DNA from: Octopus sinensis
Taxonomy: Eukaryota
Assembly (NCBI RefSeq): GCF_006345805.1
Contig: NC_042997.1
Coordinates: 38,254,001 to 38,318,000 of the forward strand
Length of the DNA: 64,000 nt
Direction of reading: 5' to 3'
Positions 42,011 to 54,501 of the stretch are shown in pieces. The number at the start of each line of letters is the position of its first letter. The stretch's first letter is position 1. The notes under the pieces are model-generated. The model did no database searches. It was not told the origin of the DNA and saw only the letters and a list, made by a program, of their open reading frames with translations. The position numbers and the translations under genes are program-made.

Positions 42011-42699
42011 TTATATCTATTTTGAACTGTTGCGTTAGTTAAAATGCAAAATTGTTTCCACTTTGTCATTGGATACGCCACTAATAACGAACTTACCCGA
42101 GAAGGATAATTCTGTAATGAGAGTAAATCAAGTGACGCGCACATGTCTTACTATAACAAACTAGCATGTCTGAATATAACATACATTTTATATTAATATA
42201 ACCTACTAACATATCTTAATATAACATACTAGTATGTTATATTAAAAGTTGAAGAACGTTGTAGTGTGTATATTAATGTACTATATTATAGTATGTTATA
42301 TTAAGATGCACCTGCAGCTCAAAGAGACAACAAAAGCCTCGAATCTTATTATATGCAAATGTGAGAGCTGCTTTCAGCCCTTGAACATGTGAGACGAAAT
42401 AATGTTACGACGCTAATCGGTAATATTTCCATATATTGCTGACAATTATCAACCCATAAATTTATTATTTGCTTTATTGCAACGCATGAATGGAAAAAGA
42501 CTATTCTTCCATCGGTACGCTGGAAAAGCGGATCTTTTCCCTTTGAACGGCAGATCGAGAAATGAATTTTTTGTAACTAAGCACTTTCAATCTTCGGACA
42601 CTGGTAGTGCAGCGTTGTATTGCTTAATTTTGTTTTGGAAGTGCTTGGAATCTTGGTCAATTGATGACAAAAGTCCCTTTAATGACACTGGAGGTTAGG

Positions 42700-43980
42700 G
42701 GATTGCTGGGAGTTTAACCTTTCCACCACTGCAGGTGTCTTTCCATGCCACTTCCTTGGTTTACTATGTATGCACTCAGTTGTCCCTAAACCAATGGAAT
42801 CTCTAGTACCATCTGCATAATGAACTGCAGGATCATAATTGAAAGCTGCTTCATAGAAGTTGCTTCTCCGAGCAGTTGCAACTGCTCTTCGTTATGTAGT
42901 GGAGTTTCTACTTCTTGTCAGCCGCGCATACCTTTGTTAATCACTTTGAGATACTCTGGCTTTTGTAGTGCACACTCTGTTCGTTTCTTGGCGTGCTTAC
43001 CTTTCTGCAGCTGTCTCTCTTTCCCTGGACAGAGATATTCTTTTGGCTGACCTTGACATTGTAGATAAATTTGACACTTACCTTGTAGGAATGGTTATAT
43101 ACGTATACAGAAATACACGGTTGCAGAAGATAGTAAACAAGGAAAATAACTTGGTAACGGAAATTATGTATCCTAATACGACGGGCAGAAAGTAAATAAG
43201 AATAAATGAGAAATTTTTACAGAAAATAAAGAATTGTACGGGCTGAAGCGAAATTTGTCGCTCAGAGAACGACAGAGCCAGTATGGAAGAAACGAGAAAA
43301 AAGCCGTCAACAACAGAAAAGCACAAAACCGTTGCAAAAGTAAATAAGAAACGTGGAAGCGGTTCAACCGTTAGTCATGGTGTTCGTAAACCGTCCAAGT
43401 CTCAGAGGCTTTCATATAGCAATGCTGCGCCCGTTGCTCGCCTCAAGTTGACATCAGCAAAACAGAGGTCCGTTGGAGTGGTCAGTATCCAAAAGAGTTC
43501 TCACGTTCCAAGTTCTAAGGTCACATTCGCTTTGGCTGTAAGATTTCAGCTGTTTCCAGATTTAGTGCTACGACTACAGGAAAGGTGGCCTGCCGAGTGT
43601 GGCTATCCGTTCAAGTACTGAAAGTAACTTCCGATGTTTAGCCCTCCTTTTATCGGACCTTCCGCCATTGGAGTGAGCAGAGGTAGTTCAGAAACGCCTG
43701 CTCAAACATAAGTGTTTGACTGGGTCCCAATTAGTCACTGGATCTTGGGAAGGCAGCTATCACACACTAGCTGCCAACCTGTGAGTCTGGACAAGGAGCT
43801 CCCGGTTTCACCTAAACCTGCTCCGTTATCTTTATCTTGTCGCTATTGAACTTTATGAATCTTAGTTTAAGCATGAAAAAGAGAAGCAGGAAATTAAAAC
43901 GAGCAGTAAAATGAATAAGTGGTGTGGGTTTGACTTGAGTGGATCACGACTTGCCAGGAGGTAACCTATGCAATATAATC
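42700..43980 (-). mobile_element. Decayed RTE-like LINE 5' part (AP endonuclease start), interrupted
   Basis: The minus strand encodes TWNVRTLLD at about 43488-43514, followed by a remnant SETW. The region is more GC-rich than its flanks; the rest is too decayed to align by eye. Confidence 0.4.
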
Positions 43981-44072
43981 TCAAGACTTACATAGGTACG
44001 TACGTACATACATACATACATAGATACATACATACATACATACATACATACATACATACATACATACATACA

Positions 44073-44101
<29 letters not shown>

Positions 44102-44103
<2 letters not shown>

Positions 44104-44580
44104 GAGTAGGTACTGAAAAGTTCCTGACTTTAAGGGTGTCACGAAAGATCTGGTTGGAATTCCAGCCTTCCGAGTTCTTTTACAGAGCTTTGAAAAACTG
44201 AGGGACCGTCGCAATAAATGTGTGAATCTGAGAGGCAAAGACAAAGAAAAGTTACCTTTTACAGTCAAGCCGACCCCTAAAGGCCGGTTTCCCAGTCACC
44301 ATGGCGGATAAACTTCCCAAATGGCAGGGCCGCCGGACCGTCATAGGATTACTCATTCTTTGCCGGCTGTGTGAACTGGAGCAACGTGAAATGAAGAGTT
44401 TTAGTCTAGAACGCAATGCGTCGCCCGGTCCAGGAATCGAAATCACAATTTCACAATCATGATTCCCACACCCTACACGGGCCTCCAAGAATCTGAAAGG
44501 TGAATGTGTTCAATAAAATCATAATTGAGTGATCCTACTGTATTTTTTTACCGTAAGCCACTAACTTTTCAGTACCCCCC
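44102..44580 (+). mobile_element. Mariner-derived MITE with a nested SINE fragment
   Basis: Terminal inverted repeats GGTACTGAAAAGTT / AACTTTTCAGTACC; transposase C-terminal remnant (DRRNKCVNLRG); reversed SINE fragment at about 44290-44490. Confidence 0.6.
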
Positions 44581-44618
44581 CCCCCCCATGTGTGTGTGTG
44601 TGTGTGTGTGTGTATACA

Positions 44619-45424
44619 CACGAAGTGCTATCAAAAAGTTCGCACATTAGTTCTGTAGCGTGCACACAGATGACAGCGCATTGAGCACAGTTGTTGCGCG
44701 CACAGTGAGTGGTAACAGTGGCCTTCATTATGTAGTGTACGGAGTGACATTGTGTTTACTTCCAAAGTTGTGAAATCATTTGTCTTTTTTTTTTTGTGAT
44801 CACGTGTAAGCTGTAGCCTTCGATTGTTGTCATATGCAGGAAGTTGGATCAAAGCGCCAACGTGAAATTTCGCCTTAAGGTTGAGCATGCTTGGGCAAGC
44901 TTACGGCATCGAGGCACTGGGTCGTACGAAATGTTTTAAGTGGAAGGGGCACTTCAAAAGCGGAAGAGCTCTCCTGGAAGACGAAAAGCGATCTGGAAGA
45001 TCTTCCACAAGCGTCACTCCTGGGAATGTGATATTGTGCGTCAAGAATTTGTCCCTCGGGGCAATCAAGAGTTCTGCTTCAAAGTTTTGAAGCGTTTGAG
45101 GGAGGGCATTCGGCGAAAGCGACCGAATCTGTGGTGTTCGAAGAACTGGATTTTCACCGAGCTCTTCTCACCGATGAGTTTCTCGCCAAAAACATGGTAT
45201 CCCTTCGGCACCTGCTCTATTCGCCAGATTTAGCACCTGCGGAGTTCCGTCTTTTCTCCAAGATGAAAATGCAGTTCAAAAATTGCCGTTTTAACATCAT
45301 TGTCGAGAGCCAGAGCGAGTCGCAGAAGGTCCTCGACCTACTTACGGAAAACGTCTATTTCATGTAAATAAGTTATTTTTTTTATCAAACATAACTAGCC
45401 CGACAACTATTTGTTACCACCTGC
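44619..45424 (+). mobile_element. Internally deleted mariner element
   Basis: FKWKGHFKSGRALLEDEKRSGRSSTS, VLKRLREGIRRKRP and LYSPDLAPAEFRLFSKMK; degenerate terminal inverted repeats. Confidence 0.8.
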
Positions 45425-45703
45425 AATATATATATATATATATATCCATGCATAGTTTTCTGCTCATATAGACTCATCCTTTCATCTGATGATACGTTGC
45501 GGTAGAGTCGTGCGAGGTCTTTGGGCATGTATTCTAGGCTATCAGACAAAGAGTATTGCTCGAGGAGCTGCCGTACAAGTCCTATGTATGTATGTATGTA
45601 TGTATTATGTATGTATGTATGTATGTATGTATGTATGTATGTATGTAGGTAGGTAGGTAGGTAGGTAGGTAGGTAAGTAGGTATGTGTGTATATATGCAT
45701 GTT

Positions 45704-45763
<60 letters not shown>

Positions 45764-46045
45764 TTAGGGAATCGAAACCGCGATCCTCTGACCGTGAGTC
45801 CGCCCCCTAACCACTGGGACTTTGCGCCTCCGCAGATTGCCTAGTAGAACTGATACAAAAGGATTGCCTCCTTGCCTCGGGTAGAATTATCAGGAAAGTA
45901 TTGGATAGCTGAAAAGAACGAGTAGCATGGTGCCGTAGGCTGCATCTCGTAAGCCCGCTACGCATGCAGGACTCCAGGAGCTCCAACAAAACCTGTAATG
46001 AAGATGATGATGATGATGATGATGATGATAATAATAATAATAATA

Positions 46046-46104
<59 letters not shown>

Positions 46105-46254
46105 CCAACATAACGTGACACTCCCGTAAAGGGAATTACATCACCGCTATATAGCCCAAGGAAGCATCGACGCTTCCTGTGGGCTTTGACACATTTCTTG
46201 TGTCCTTATATTTGCAAGAGGGAGGCAAGCATCCCCACCAGCTAGAACTAGCAA

Positions 46255-46300
46255 CCTGCAGGCATGCATGTTTCTGGGTCTTGACCGTCGTCAGTCCAGG
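46255..46300 (-). ncRNA. Decayed type I hammerhead
   Basis: CCTGGA-CTGACGA-CGGTC-AA-GACCCA-GAAAC-ATGCAT-GCC-TGCAGG; the cleavage triplet is mutated. Confidence 0.45.
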
Positions 46301-46714
46301 GTAGCGAGTCCTCGCTAGCGGTGATACTTACCAAGCCCTTGCAAAATATATCTATTTACAGGGAAATCTATTCACTAGTCACCGTAATTAGAAATATTGA
46401 ATATCTAAACGTCTCAACGAGGTAGGAGCGGTGGTGGAGCGATAGAGTGGTTGTATAAAATAAGGCTGTCCATCTCATTTGTTTCACGAGATCTTCAATT
46501 TTCTCGAGGAGTATCCTGAGCTATAGTTTATTCGATGGCGTAGGTATTTTCTTAATCGAGTAATCCGTGTGGTGTAAATCCAGAGTAGTGTATAGATTGG
46601 TAAAATCTTTAGCGTCTCTCACCTTAGCGAAGCAAACACACCAATCGCGTAAAGATTATGCATTTGCATGTAGTGAACGATGAATATTATTCAGAACGTT
46701 ATGATTTAAAGATA

Positions 46715-47715
46715 CAAAAATACCCTCCTAAGGTTAAAGACATAGCACCTTTTGAGACAAAGCTCCTTAATTTAGTTACCAATATTAGATTCCTTAAGTA
46801 CCATATCCTATTTGGAAACTAAAATGAAATCTGATATTAAAATCTTCAGAAGTTCTAAAAAGAAGTTCGTATTTCCTGATGAGACTAACAACCTGTATGA
46901 AGTTACTTATGATTTACATGATAAAACTTAGATAAAACTTAGATATGTTTCGACCAAAGATTGGTCCAGGCCATGTCTAACTTAATAGCACCCTGGTAGG
47001 ATTATTTGAATCCTGTTTAAGTCAAGTTTTGTTTATGGTCCATTCAAGTAGTGAGTTTTTGATGTGTGAGTTGTATCCAATTATGGGTGGCTTATCTGGT
47101 ATTCCTTGAAGGAATGTATCCAGACTCCGTTTAAAGTTGATGGGATCCTTTTCCTCTTTGATCTCTTTCGGGACAATGTTAAATAGGGCAGGGCCTGTTG
47201 AGGAAAAGAAATTATGTTGCAGTGTACATGTATGCTGTGATCTTGAATTGAGCAGGGGACGTATGGCCCGTGTTCCCTGTCTTGGATGAACCTTGAAGCT
47301 AATGTTCAGGTCGTTTGGGCAAAGTTGGCGGTATATACTCCGCATCGTACAAATGATGTACCGCTCACGGCGACGCTGGAGAGAGTAGAGTTTCAAGGCT
47401 TTAAGGCGGTCCCAATAATCGATAAGTTGCTAAATGACACCATTTCCATTATTATTTAATAAACCTACATGTAGACTATTAAACCCTGAAAGTGGGTTAG
47501 TAGCTGAAAAAATACTAAGAAGCATTAATAATAAAATTAAACAGAACACTGTGCTACAGCAATGGAATAATAGTCTTACTGTAATAGATTGGTTCAAGAA
47601 CTTTAGAAATACGGCTAATTTCACTCAGTTTGATATTATAGAGTTTTATCCCTCCATATCTAGGTCGCTGCTTGATAAAACCATCAAGTTTGCTAAATCG
47701 TATGTTGATACAGAC
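46715..47715 (+). mobile_element. Penelope-like RT N-terminal remnant split by a LINE insertion
   Basis: PPKVKDIAPFETKLLNLV..IRF and FPDETNNLYEV (46715-46920), then NKPTCRLLNP..QQWNNSLTVIDWF..FTQFDIIEFYPSIS (47450-47715). Confidence 0.7.
46920..47430 (-). mobile_element. 5'-truncated CR1/L2-like LINE 3' end
   Basis: YWDRLKALKLYSLQRRRERY...GPALFNIVP..FKRSLDTFL..IPDKP is a typical C-terminus for this LINE group. It ends in an 11-bp tandem tail (GATAAAACTTA x2 on the plus strand). Confidence 0.7.
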
Positions 47716-48037
47716 CCATATAGATCTGGACTTGATCAGGCATGCGAGGAGCACATAAGATCATGTACTGTGTCTATCAAATAATATTTATCTTTCACTA
47801 GTTAGAATACTATTTTGTTGATCTTACCGTCACGGAACAGTACATCACGCATAGGTGTGCGCGTCTATCTCTGTTCTCTCTTCATTTTAATCCTGATGTA
47901 AGCGCATTCGTATGTTTGCATACTTTTTTGTACTTTGGGACAGATCTTTCCATAGGCAGGAACATTAACTTTCTCACTCGTAATGCCTGTATGTTCTGAA
48001 AATGCAATTTCCCGAAATAAAGTGTACTTTATATTCA

Positions 48038-48119
48038 AGGCTCTGATGAAGCTATAAGATGTTATCTAGGTACTCAGCTAAGCATCCACCGCATAATATA
48101 GCAGAAACAATTGTAACCT
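48038..48119 (+). ncRNA. Type I hammerhead-like motif
   Basis: AGGCT-CTGATGA-A-GCTATA..TATAGC-A-GAAAC-AATT-GTA-ACCT. Confidence 0.6.
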
Positions 48120-48273
48120 AATGAAGTTCATTACATAACCTTTGTTTTGTTTTTTCGGTGTCATCACTTCGTTCCTATTACCACTCTATACTAATCCAAC
48201 ATTGCGTTCTGGACCATACGTACATAGATTTCTACTGCAGTGAGAAGTCTCACTATGCCTAAGCGAAATATTG

Positions 48274-48311
<38 letters not shown>

Positions 48312-48320
48312 ACACACACA

Positions 48321-48394
<74 letters not shown>

Positions 48395-48608
48395 GTTCAT
48401 ATATATATACTATGTGTGTGTATGTATGTATTATATATATATATGTATATGTGTGTGTTTGTGTTTGTCTGTGTATGTCTGTGTCTCTGTGTGTAGATAG
48501 ATAATAGATGTGTACACGTAAATGAATATATAATAGATTATTTGTATTTCCTTATTGTCGAATGTAATCAATAAAAAATCAAATTTTAATGATTATTTTA
48601 TTTTCTAG

Positions 48609-48775
48609 ATTATTGCAATAACCAACCGTACAATATTTACAGCAGCATATGCTGTAGTTCACAGTTCAATTATATACAATTTTTTTTTTTTTTTGCAATT
48701 TACTTAATCATTGGTATTTATTATTTTAATTTTCATATTTCTACTATATGTAATTTTCTAGATGGTGTAATTTGA
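48609..48775 (+). CDS. Candidate exon(s) 2/3 of a truncated galaxin-like gene
   Basis: The acceptor ttttattttctag is followed, in phase 1, by (Y)YCNNQPYNIYSSICC, a galaxin-type C..Y..ICC motif. A second acceptor (aattttctag) gives xGVI-stop at 48762-48775. The phase matches the donor at 39351, but the internal donor is weak. Confidence 0.45.
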
Positions 48776-48827
48776 TTGTTCATTTTGAATTGATAAAAGG
48801 TGTTTTTTCTAATTTTATATATATATA

Positions 48828-48982
48828 GTGGCTGTGTGGTAAGTAGCTTGCTTACCAACCACATGGTTCCGGGTTCAGTTCCACTGCGTGGCATCTTGGG
48901 CAAGTGTCTCTGCTATAGCCTCGGGCCGACCAATGCCTCGTGAGTGGATTTGGTAGACGGAAACTGAAAGAAGCCTGTCGGA

Positions 48983-49062
<80 letters not shown>

Positions 49063-49272
49063 ATGTTTGTGTGTCTATGTTTGTCCCCCTAGCATTGATG
49101 ACAACTGATGCTGGTGTGTTAATGTCCCCGTGACCTAGCAGTTCGGCAAAAAGAGACCGATAGAATAAGTACTGGGCTTACAAAGAATAAGTCCCGGGGT
49201 CGATTTGCTCGATTAAAGGCGGTGCTCCAGCATGGCCGCTGTCAAATGACTGAAACAAGTAAAAGAGTAAAG
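48828..49272 (+). mobile_element. SINE S1 copy
   Basis: Near-identical to the other S1 copies. Confidence 0.9.
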
Positions 49273-49422
49273 AATATGTGTGTGGTGTGTGTGTTAAGTT
49301 GAGTTAAGTTAAGTTAATTTTGGGCTCAAAAAGGAAAAAGCAAGGCCTTGTAGGGGGACGTGGAGTTATCTACTGGGTGGTGTTCATGCAAAGAGTTCAG
49401 GCCATTTCCGGTCAAGAGAGAC

Positions 49423-49466
<44 letters not shown>

Positions 49467-49791
49467 TGGGTTACTTTCAGCTTCCGTCTGCCATATCCAC
49501 AGACGAGGCTTTTGTCGGCCCAACACTACAGTTGAATTTCGTATAGTTTGGTTATGTAACTCTCTACACTGGAAATACTGATAAGCATTTAAAAGCGCAA
49601 AATGTAAGCCACCTTCCTTTCAATCACCACTCTCACTCCCTCCCTCCCTCACTCCTTCTCTCTGTCTTTCCTCTATCTTGCTTTACCGCTCACTTCAAGT
49701 ATACCCCTTCTGCTTAACACCTTTCATTTTCATATTTCTTTCTAACTCTCCGTTCAGCTGTAGAAAAGTAACACTAACATCAACAGGTATT

Positions 49792-49847
<56 letters not shown>

Positions 49848-49865
49848 TTGAGGTAGAGAGAATGT

Positions 49866-49900
<35 letters not shown>

Positions 49901-49967
49901 CTGACAGAGTGACTGTGAGACAGACAGACACAGACAGACAGACATACAGACAGACAGACATAGATGG

Positions 49968-49998
<31 letters not shown>

Positions 49999-50010
49999 GA
50001 TAGATAGATA

Positions 50011-50088
50011 TGTTTCTTTATTAGCCACACAGGGCTGCACACAGATAGAACAAATTACAAGGTAGAGCTTTTCTTTTGAAGGTATTAA

Positions 50089-50120
<32 letters not shown>

Positions 50121-50648
50121 GGAGAGGAAAAAAAAATGATCAATAGGGATCGTTATCACAGAAATGTCAATATGAAGTGTAAAGGGGAGGACAGGTGAGG
50201 TTTACCCGTGGAAAAAAAGCCTGCGGAAAAGACCACGGTAACCTCGGTCAATGAAGTCACATTTTATATTTCTTTTTTTTTTTTTTTTTTTTTTTTTGCA
50301 AATAAGCAACTCTCTGTTTTCGATTTCTGGGTCCATAGGACTATGCTCAAGGTGGCTTCGTCATTCATACGTGCCATTCTTGCTACATTCACCCATCTTT
50401 TTTTAAAACATTCGCTAGACAAAACTTGCCTCTCTACTCTCACTTTCCTTTTCAAGTGGTACTTGAAGAAGTTGATGAGAGATTGACCAGAGAGGAAAGT
50501 GTTTGTCTCCAATCCTTTCAGACGCGTCCACCAGATACATTCTTTCGCCATAGCCACAAGGATGATGAAAATAGCTCTTCCTTCCCGTTTGAAGGAAGGA
50601 GGCGTGACAATATTGACGATAGACTCAGCTGATAAACCGACTCGTCCC

Positions 50649-50649
<1 letters not shown>
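50011..50649 (-). mobile_element. Second, shorter 5'-truncated copy of the same L1/Tx1 LINE
   Basis: Near-identical to 51042-51762 ([35 protein letters not shown]) with the same 3' end. Flanked by (GATA)n. Confidence 0.85.
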
Positions 50650-50681
<32 letters not shown>

Positions 50682-50683
50682 TG

Positions 50684-50741
<58 letters not shown>

Positions 50742-50840
50742 GATAGATAGATAGATATGTAGATAAATAGATAGATAGATAGATAGATAGATATATAGAT
50801 AGATAGATAGATAGATAGACAGACAAACAGACAGGCAGGC

Positions 50841-50933
<93 letters not shown>

Positions 50934-50967
50934 TGTAGATAGACAGACAAACAAACTGACAGGCAGG

Positions 50968-51007
<40 letters not shown>

Positions 51008-51041
51008 TAGATAGATAGGTAGGTAGATAGATAGATAGATA

Positions 51042-52602
51042 TGTTTCTTTATTAGCCACACAAGGCTGCACACAGATAGAACAAATTACAAGGTAGAGCT
51101 TTTCTTTTGAAGGTTTAAAAAATAAAAAAAATAAAAAATAAAAAAATAAAATAAAAATAAAATAAAAAAGGGGGGGTCGATCAAAAGGGATCGTAAAAGG
51201 AGAGAAAGAGGACAAAAAAATGGGGGGGTTAAAAAAAAGGAGGAGAGGAAAAAAATTGATCAATAGGGATCGTTATCACAGAAATGTCAATATGAAGTGT
51301 AAAGGGGAGGACAGGTGAGGTTTACCCGTGGAAAGAAAAGCCTACGGAAAAGACCACGGTAACCTCGGTCAATGAAGTCACATTTTATATTTCTTTTTTT
51401 TTTTTTTTTTTGCAAATAAGCAACTCTCTGTATTAATTTTTACGGTTCATAGAATCATAGTCAAGGTGGCTTCGTCATTCATACGTGCCATCCTTGCTAC
51501 ATTCACCCATCTTTTTTTAAAACATTCACTAGACAAAACTTGCCTCTCTACTCTCACTTTTTTCTTCAAGTGATACTTGAAGAAGTTGATGAGAGATTGA
51601 CCAGAGAGGAAAGTGTTTGTCTCTAATCCTTTCAGACGCGTCCACCAGATACATTCTTTCGCCATAGCCACAAGTATGATAAAAATAGCTCTTCCTTCCG
51701 TTTGAAGGAAGGAGGCGTGACGATATTAACGATAGACTCGGCTGATAAACCGACACGTCCCACACGTGACAGCAGTCGTTCGACATAAGCCCACAGGTGG
51801 GAAATTGCTGGACACTGCACGATTGCGTGCAGAGCGGTTCGTCGCTCTGCCCGCATCTCGGGCAGGTCGGCCCCGTGTTCTCGAGCCATGCCTATAGAGC
51901 TTATCCCGACGGGTAGCGCTTCTCGGTAGCACCGCCAGGCCAGGGATCTCTGGAAGTTGTCCATAGGTCCCGGCCGAAAGTCGTTTGAAACAGGCGGGTC
52001 AGGTATTCCTCGTCGACGCCCAGGTTTGCACCGAGATCGTCGTCGTACCTCCCCTCCACTAATCCCCTATAGAATGCTTTGGTTGTGTTAAAGTCACTCA
52101 AGGTCGACCCGGGACGGCAGAGTTGCTTGAGAGTAACGCGACACTCGCGGTGCCATTCGCCCTTCCTCGGCCTCTTTTTGATCCACGACTGCAGTTCGGT
52201 CATGGAGACGAGTTGCGGGAAAGCGTGCCTCACAAACGGCGACCACACCTGTTCACCGTCGTCTACATAGAGCCGGAGATGTCGCAGTCTCAGCGCGTGT
52301 CTGTGCATCATCAACCACGGCATGCCCAGCCCTCCTTTTAACGGGTGTTGACAGCAAACGGATCGCCTGACCATCGGGACGCATCCTTTCCACAAGAAGC
52401 GGAAGAGAATGCGTTCTAGTTTGGTGATGGTAGGGTTGGGACAAGGTACGACGGTCAGGCGGTAGTAGATGATGGATGCGATGTACGTGTTCGCCACCTC
52501 CGCCCGACCTTTCAGGGACAGTTTCCTCTCGGCCCATTGCTGGGCGAGAGTGACCACCCTACTCGTTATCTCGTTCCAGTTCTCCATTTGGAGGTCCGGA
52601 CC
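51042..52602 (-). mobile_element. 5'-truncated L1/Tx1-clade LINE (ORF2 C-terminus plus 3' UTR)
   Basis: WAERKLSLKGRAEVAN..FRFLWKG..KGGLGMP and a degenerate Cys/His region, with frameshifts. The 3' end reads GCCTTGTGTGGCTAATAAAGAAACA. (GATA)n flanks both sides. Confidence 0.85.
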
Positions 52603-52615
52603 GATAGATAGATAC

Positions 52616-52683
<68 letters not shown>

Positions 52684-53336
52684 GCAGGCAACATTTCTTT
52701 TGTCAATTTCCATATTTTCAATGGCTCTATCTCATATCGTCCAAAACGATAAGTTTTTGCAGCGTTTCTGGGAATGGTTTCCTTCTCTTTGACTGTTATT
52801 CGCTATCCATTCCCTTCTTTCAATAAATCTCTGTGTTTATTCCCCATCCCTCCCTCCTCTTCGTCTTCTTGCCTCTAACCGTACTCCTGCGTTTACATTA
52901 GCCGAAGAAAACGAACCCTGGACTTATTCCCTGTAAGCATGTTGATTATTCTATCAAGTATTCTGCCGAACCGCTATGTTACGGGGACGCAAACACACGG
53001 TCGTGAGGGCACAAACACGAATACACTGCTAGCGGTTATAACAACCGACTAAGGAACCAAATATCCGTATGTACTATAGGTATCCGTTACCCGTGTTACC
53101 ACCGGGCATTTCTTTTCCCTCTAGCACCATTTATACCATAGATATATTTGTCGGCACTTGCTGGAATTTGGACTTAATTCGCAACTAACTTATTGTCCTT
53201 TCCTCCACTCACTTACCTTCCCCCACTTGAATTGGATATTAATAGCCCAACATATTTATTTCATTCTCATCTTATTTCATTCTCAGAAATATTAAATTTC
53301 TAAATCTCTCATAGAGGTATGTACGGTGGTGGGGCG

Positions 53337-53634
53337 ATAGAATGGTTGTATACTGTCAATCTAACGTGAACGGGACAGTAGGGGGTTACACCACCGCTGT
53401 TAAGCCCTAGGAAGCATCAACGCTTCCTGATGGCTTTGACACATTATTCCTGTATCCTTATATACATTTACGAAGGGCTGCTGGGGGTGTTTGTCTCCCC
53501 TTCGTAAATGTATATAAGGATACAGGAATAATGTGTCAAAGCCATCAGGAAGCGTCGATGCTTCTTAGAGCTAAACAGCGGTGGTGTAACCCCCTATTGT
53601 CACGTTCACGTTAGATTGAAAGTAACCATTCTAT
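53337..53634. repeat. Fold-back inverted repeat, about 135-bp arms
   Basis: 53337-53477 versus 53498-53634, with a 20-nt loop. Confidence 0.9.
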
Positions 53635-54115
53635 TTCATTCTATATTTATTATATTTTATTATATGTTATTTTTTTAATATTTATTGTAGTCTATGTTCA
53701 CCTTCTTCCACCATCATTGTATGTATCTGCTTGTTTTTGGTACTATATTGTTTGGGCTTACCAGGAGATATTTGTGAAAATATTATATGTACTATCTAAT
53801 TTAAGGGTAACGTAATAAACGCACAGCCTGTTGATTGCAATTGTATTTCCTGCACCAACTTTAAGTTAATAATATACCTTTAGTTTATAATTTTAATTAT
53901 TAGATATGATTAGTATTTCATTCTAATCTTGGGGTAATTGTTATTGCTTTTTAAGTATGTTTAGTAAATTGAATTAAGGTAGCTTTACTCATAGTACTAA
54001 CTTACCAGTGGACCCAGTATTAATTGTACACATATAGTGCCAATATATTCTTTTAAATTGTTTATATAATGATAAGAACTATCTAACTTTAATGACTGTG
54101 TAATGCTCATTAAGT

Positions 54116-54501
54116 GGAGGCGCAATGGCCCAGTGGTTAGGGCAGTGGACTCGCGGTCATAGGATCGCGGTTTCGATTCCCAGACCGGGCGTTGTGAGTA
54201 TTTATTGAGCCAAAACACCTAAAGCTCCACCAGGCTCCGGCAGGGGATGGTGGTGATCCCTGCTGTACTCTTTCCCCACAACTTTCTCTCACTCTTACTT
54301 CCTGTTTCTGTTGTACCTGTATTTTAAAGGGCCGGCCTTGTCACTCTCTGTGTCACGCTGAATATCCCCGAGAACTACGTTAAGGGTACACGTGTCTGTG
54401 GAGTGCTCAGCCACTTACACGTTAATTTCACGAGCAGGCTGTTCCGTTGATTCGGATCAACCGGAACCCTCATCGTCGTAACCGACGGAGTGCTTCCATC
54501 C
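54116..54501 (+). mobile_element. SINE S3 copy (older relatives at 58104-58422, 59130-59280, 45765-45830)
   Basis: Near-identical to 31406-31795; 12-bp TSD AATGCTCATTAA at 54102-54113 and 54502-54513. Confidence 0.9.

Larger units (their letters stand above)
49795..52682. repeat. (GA)/(GACA)/(GATA)n microsatellite complex hosting two LINE insertions
   Basis: Tracts at 49795-50010, 50650-51041 and 52603-52682. Other (GATA)n tracts at 19035-19128 and 60426-60540. Confidence 0.95.
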
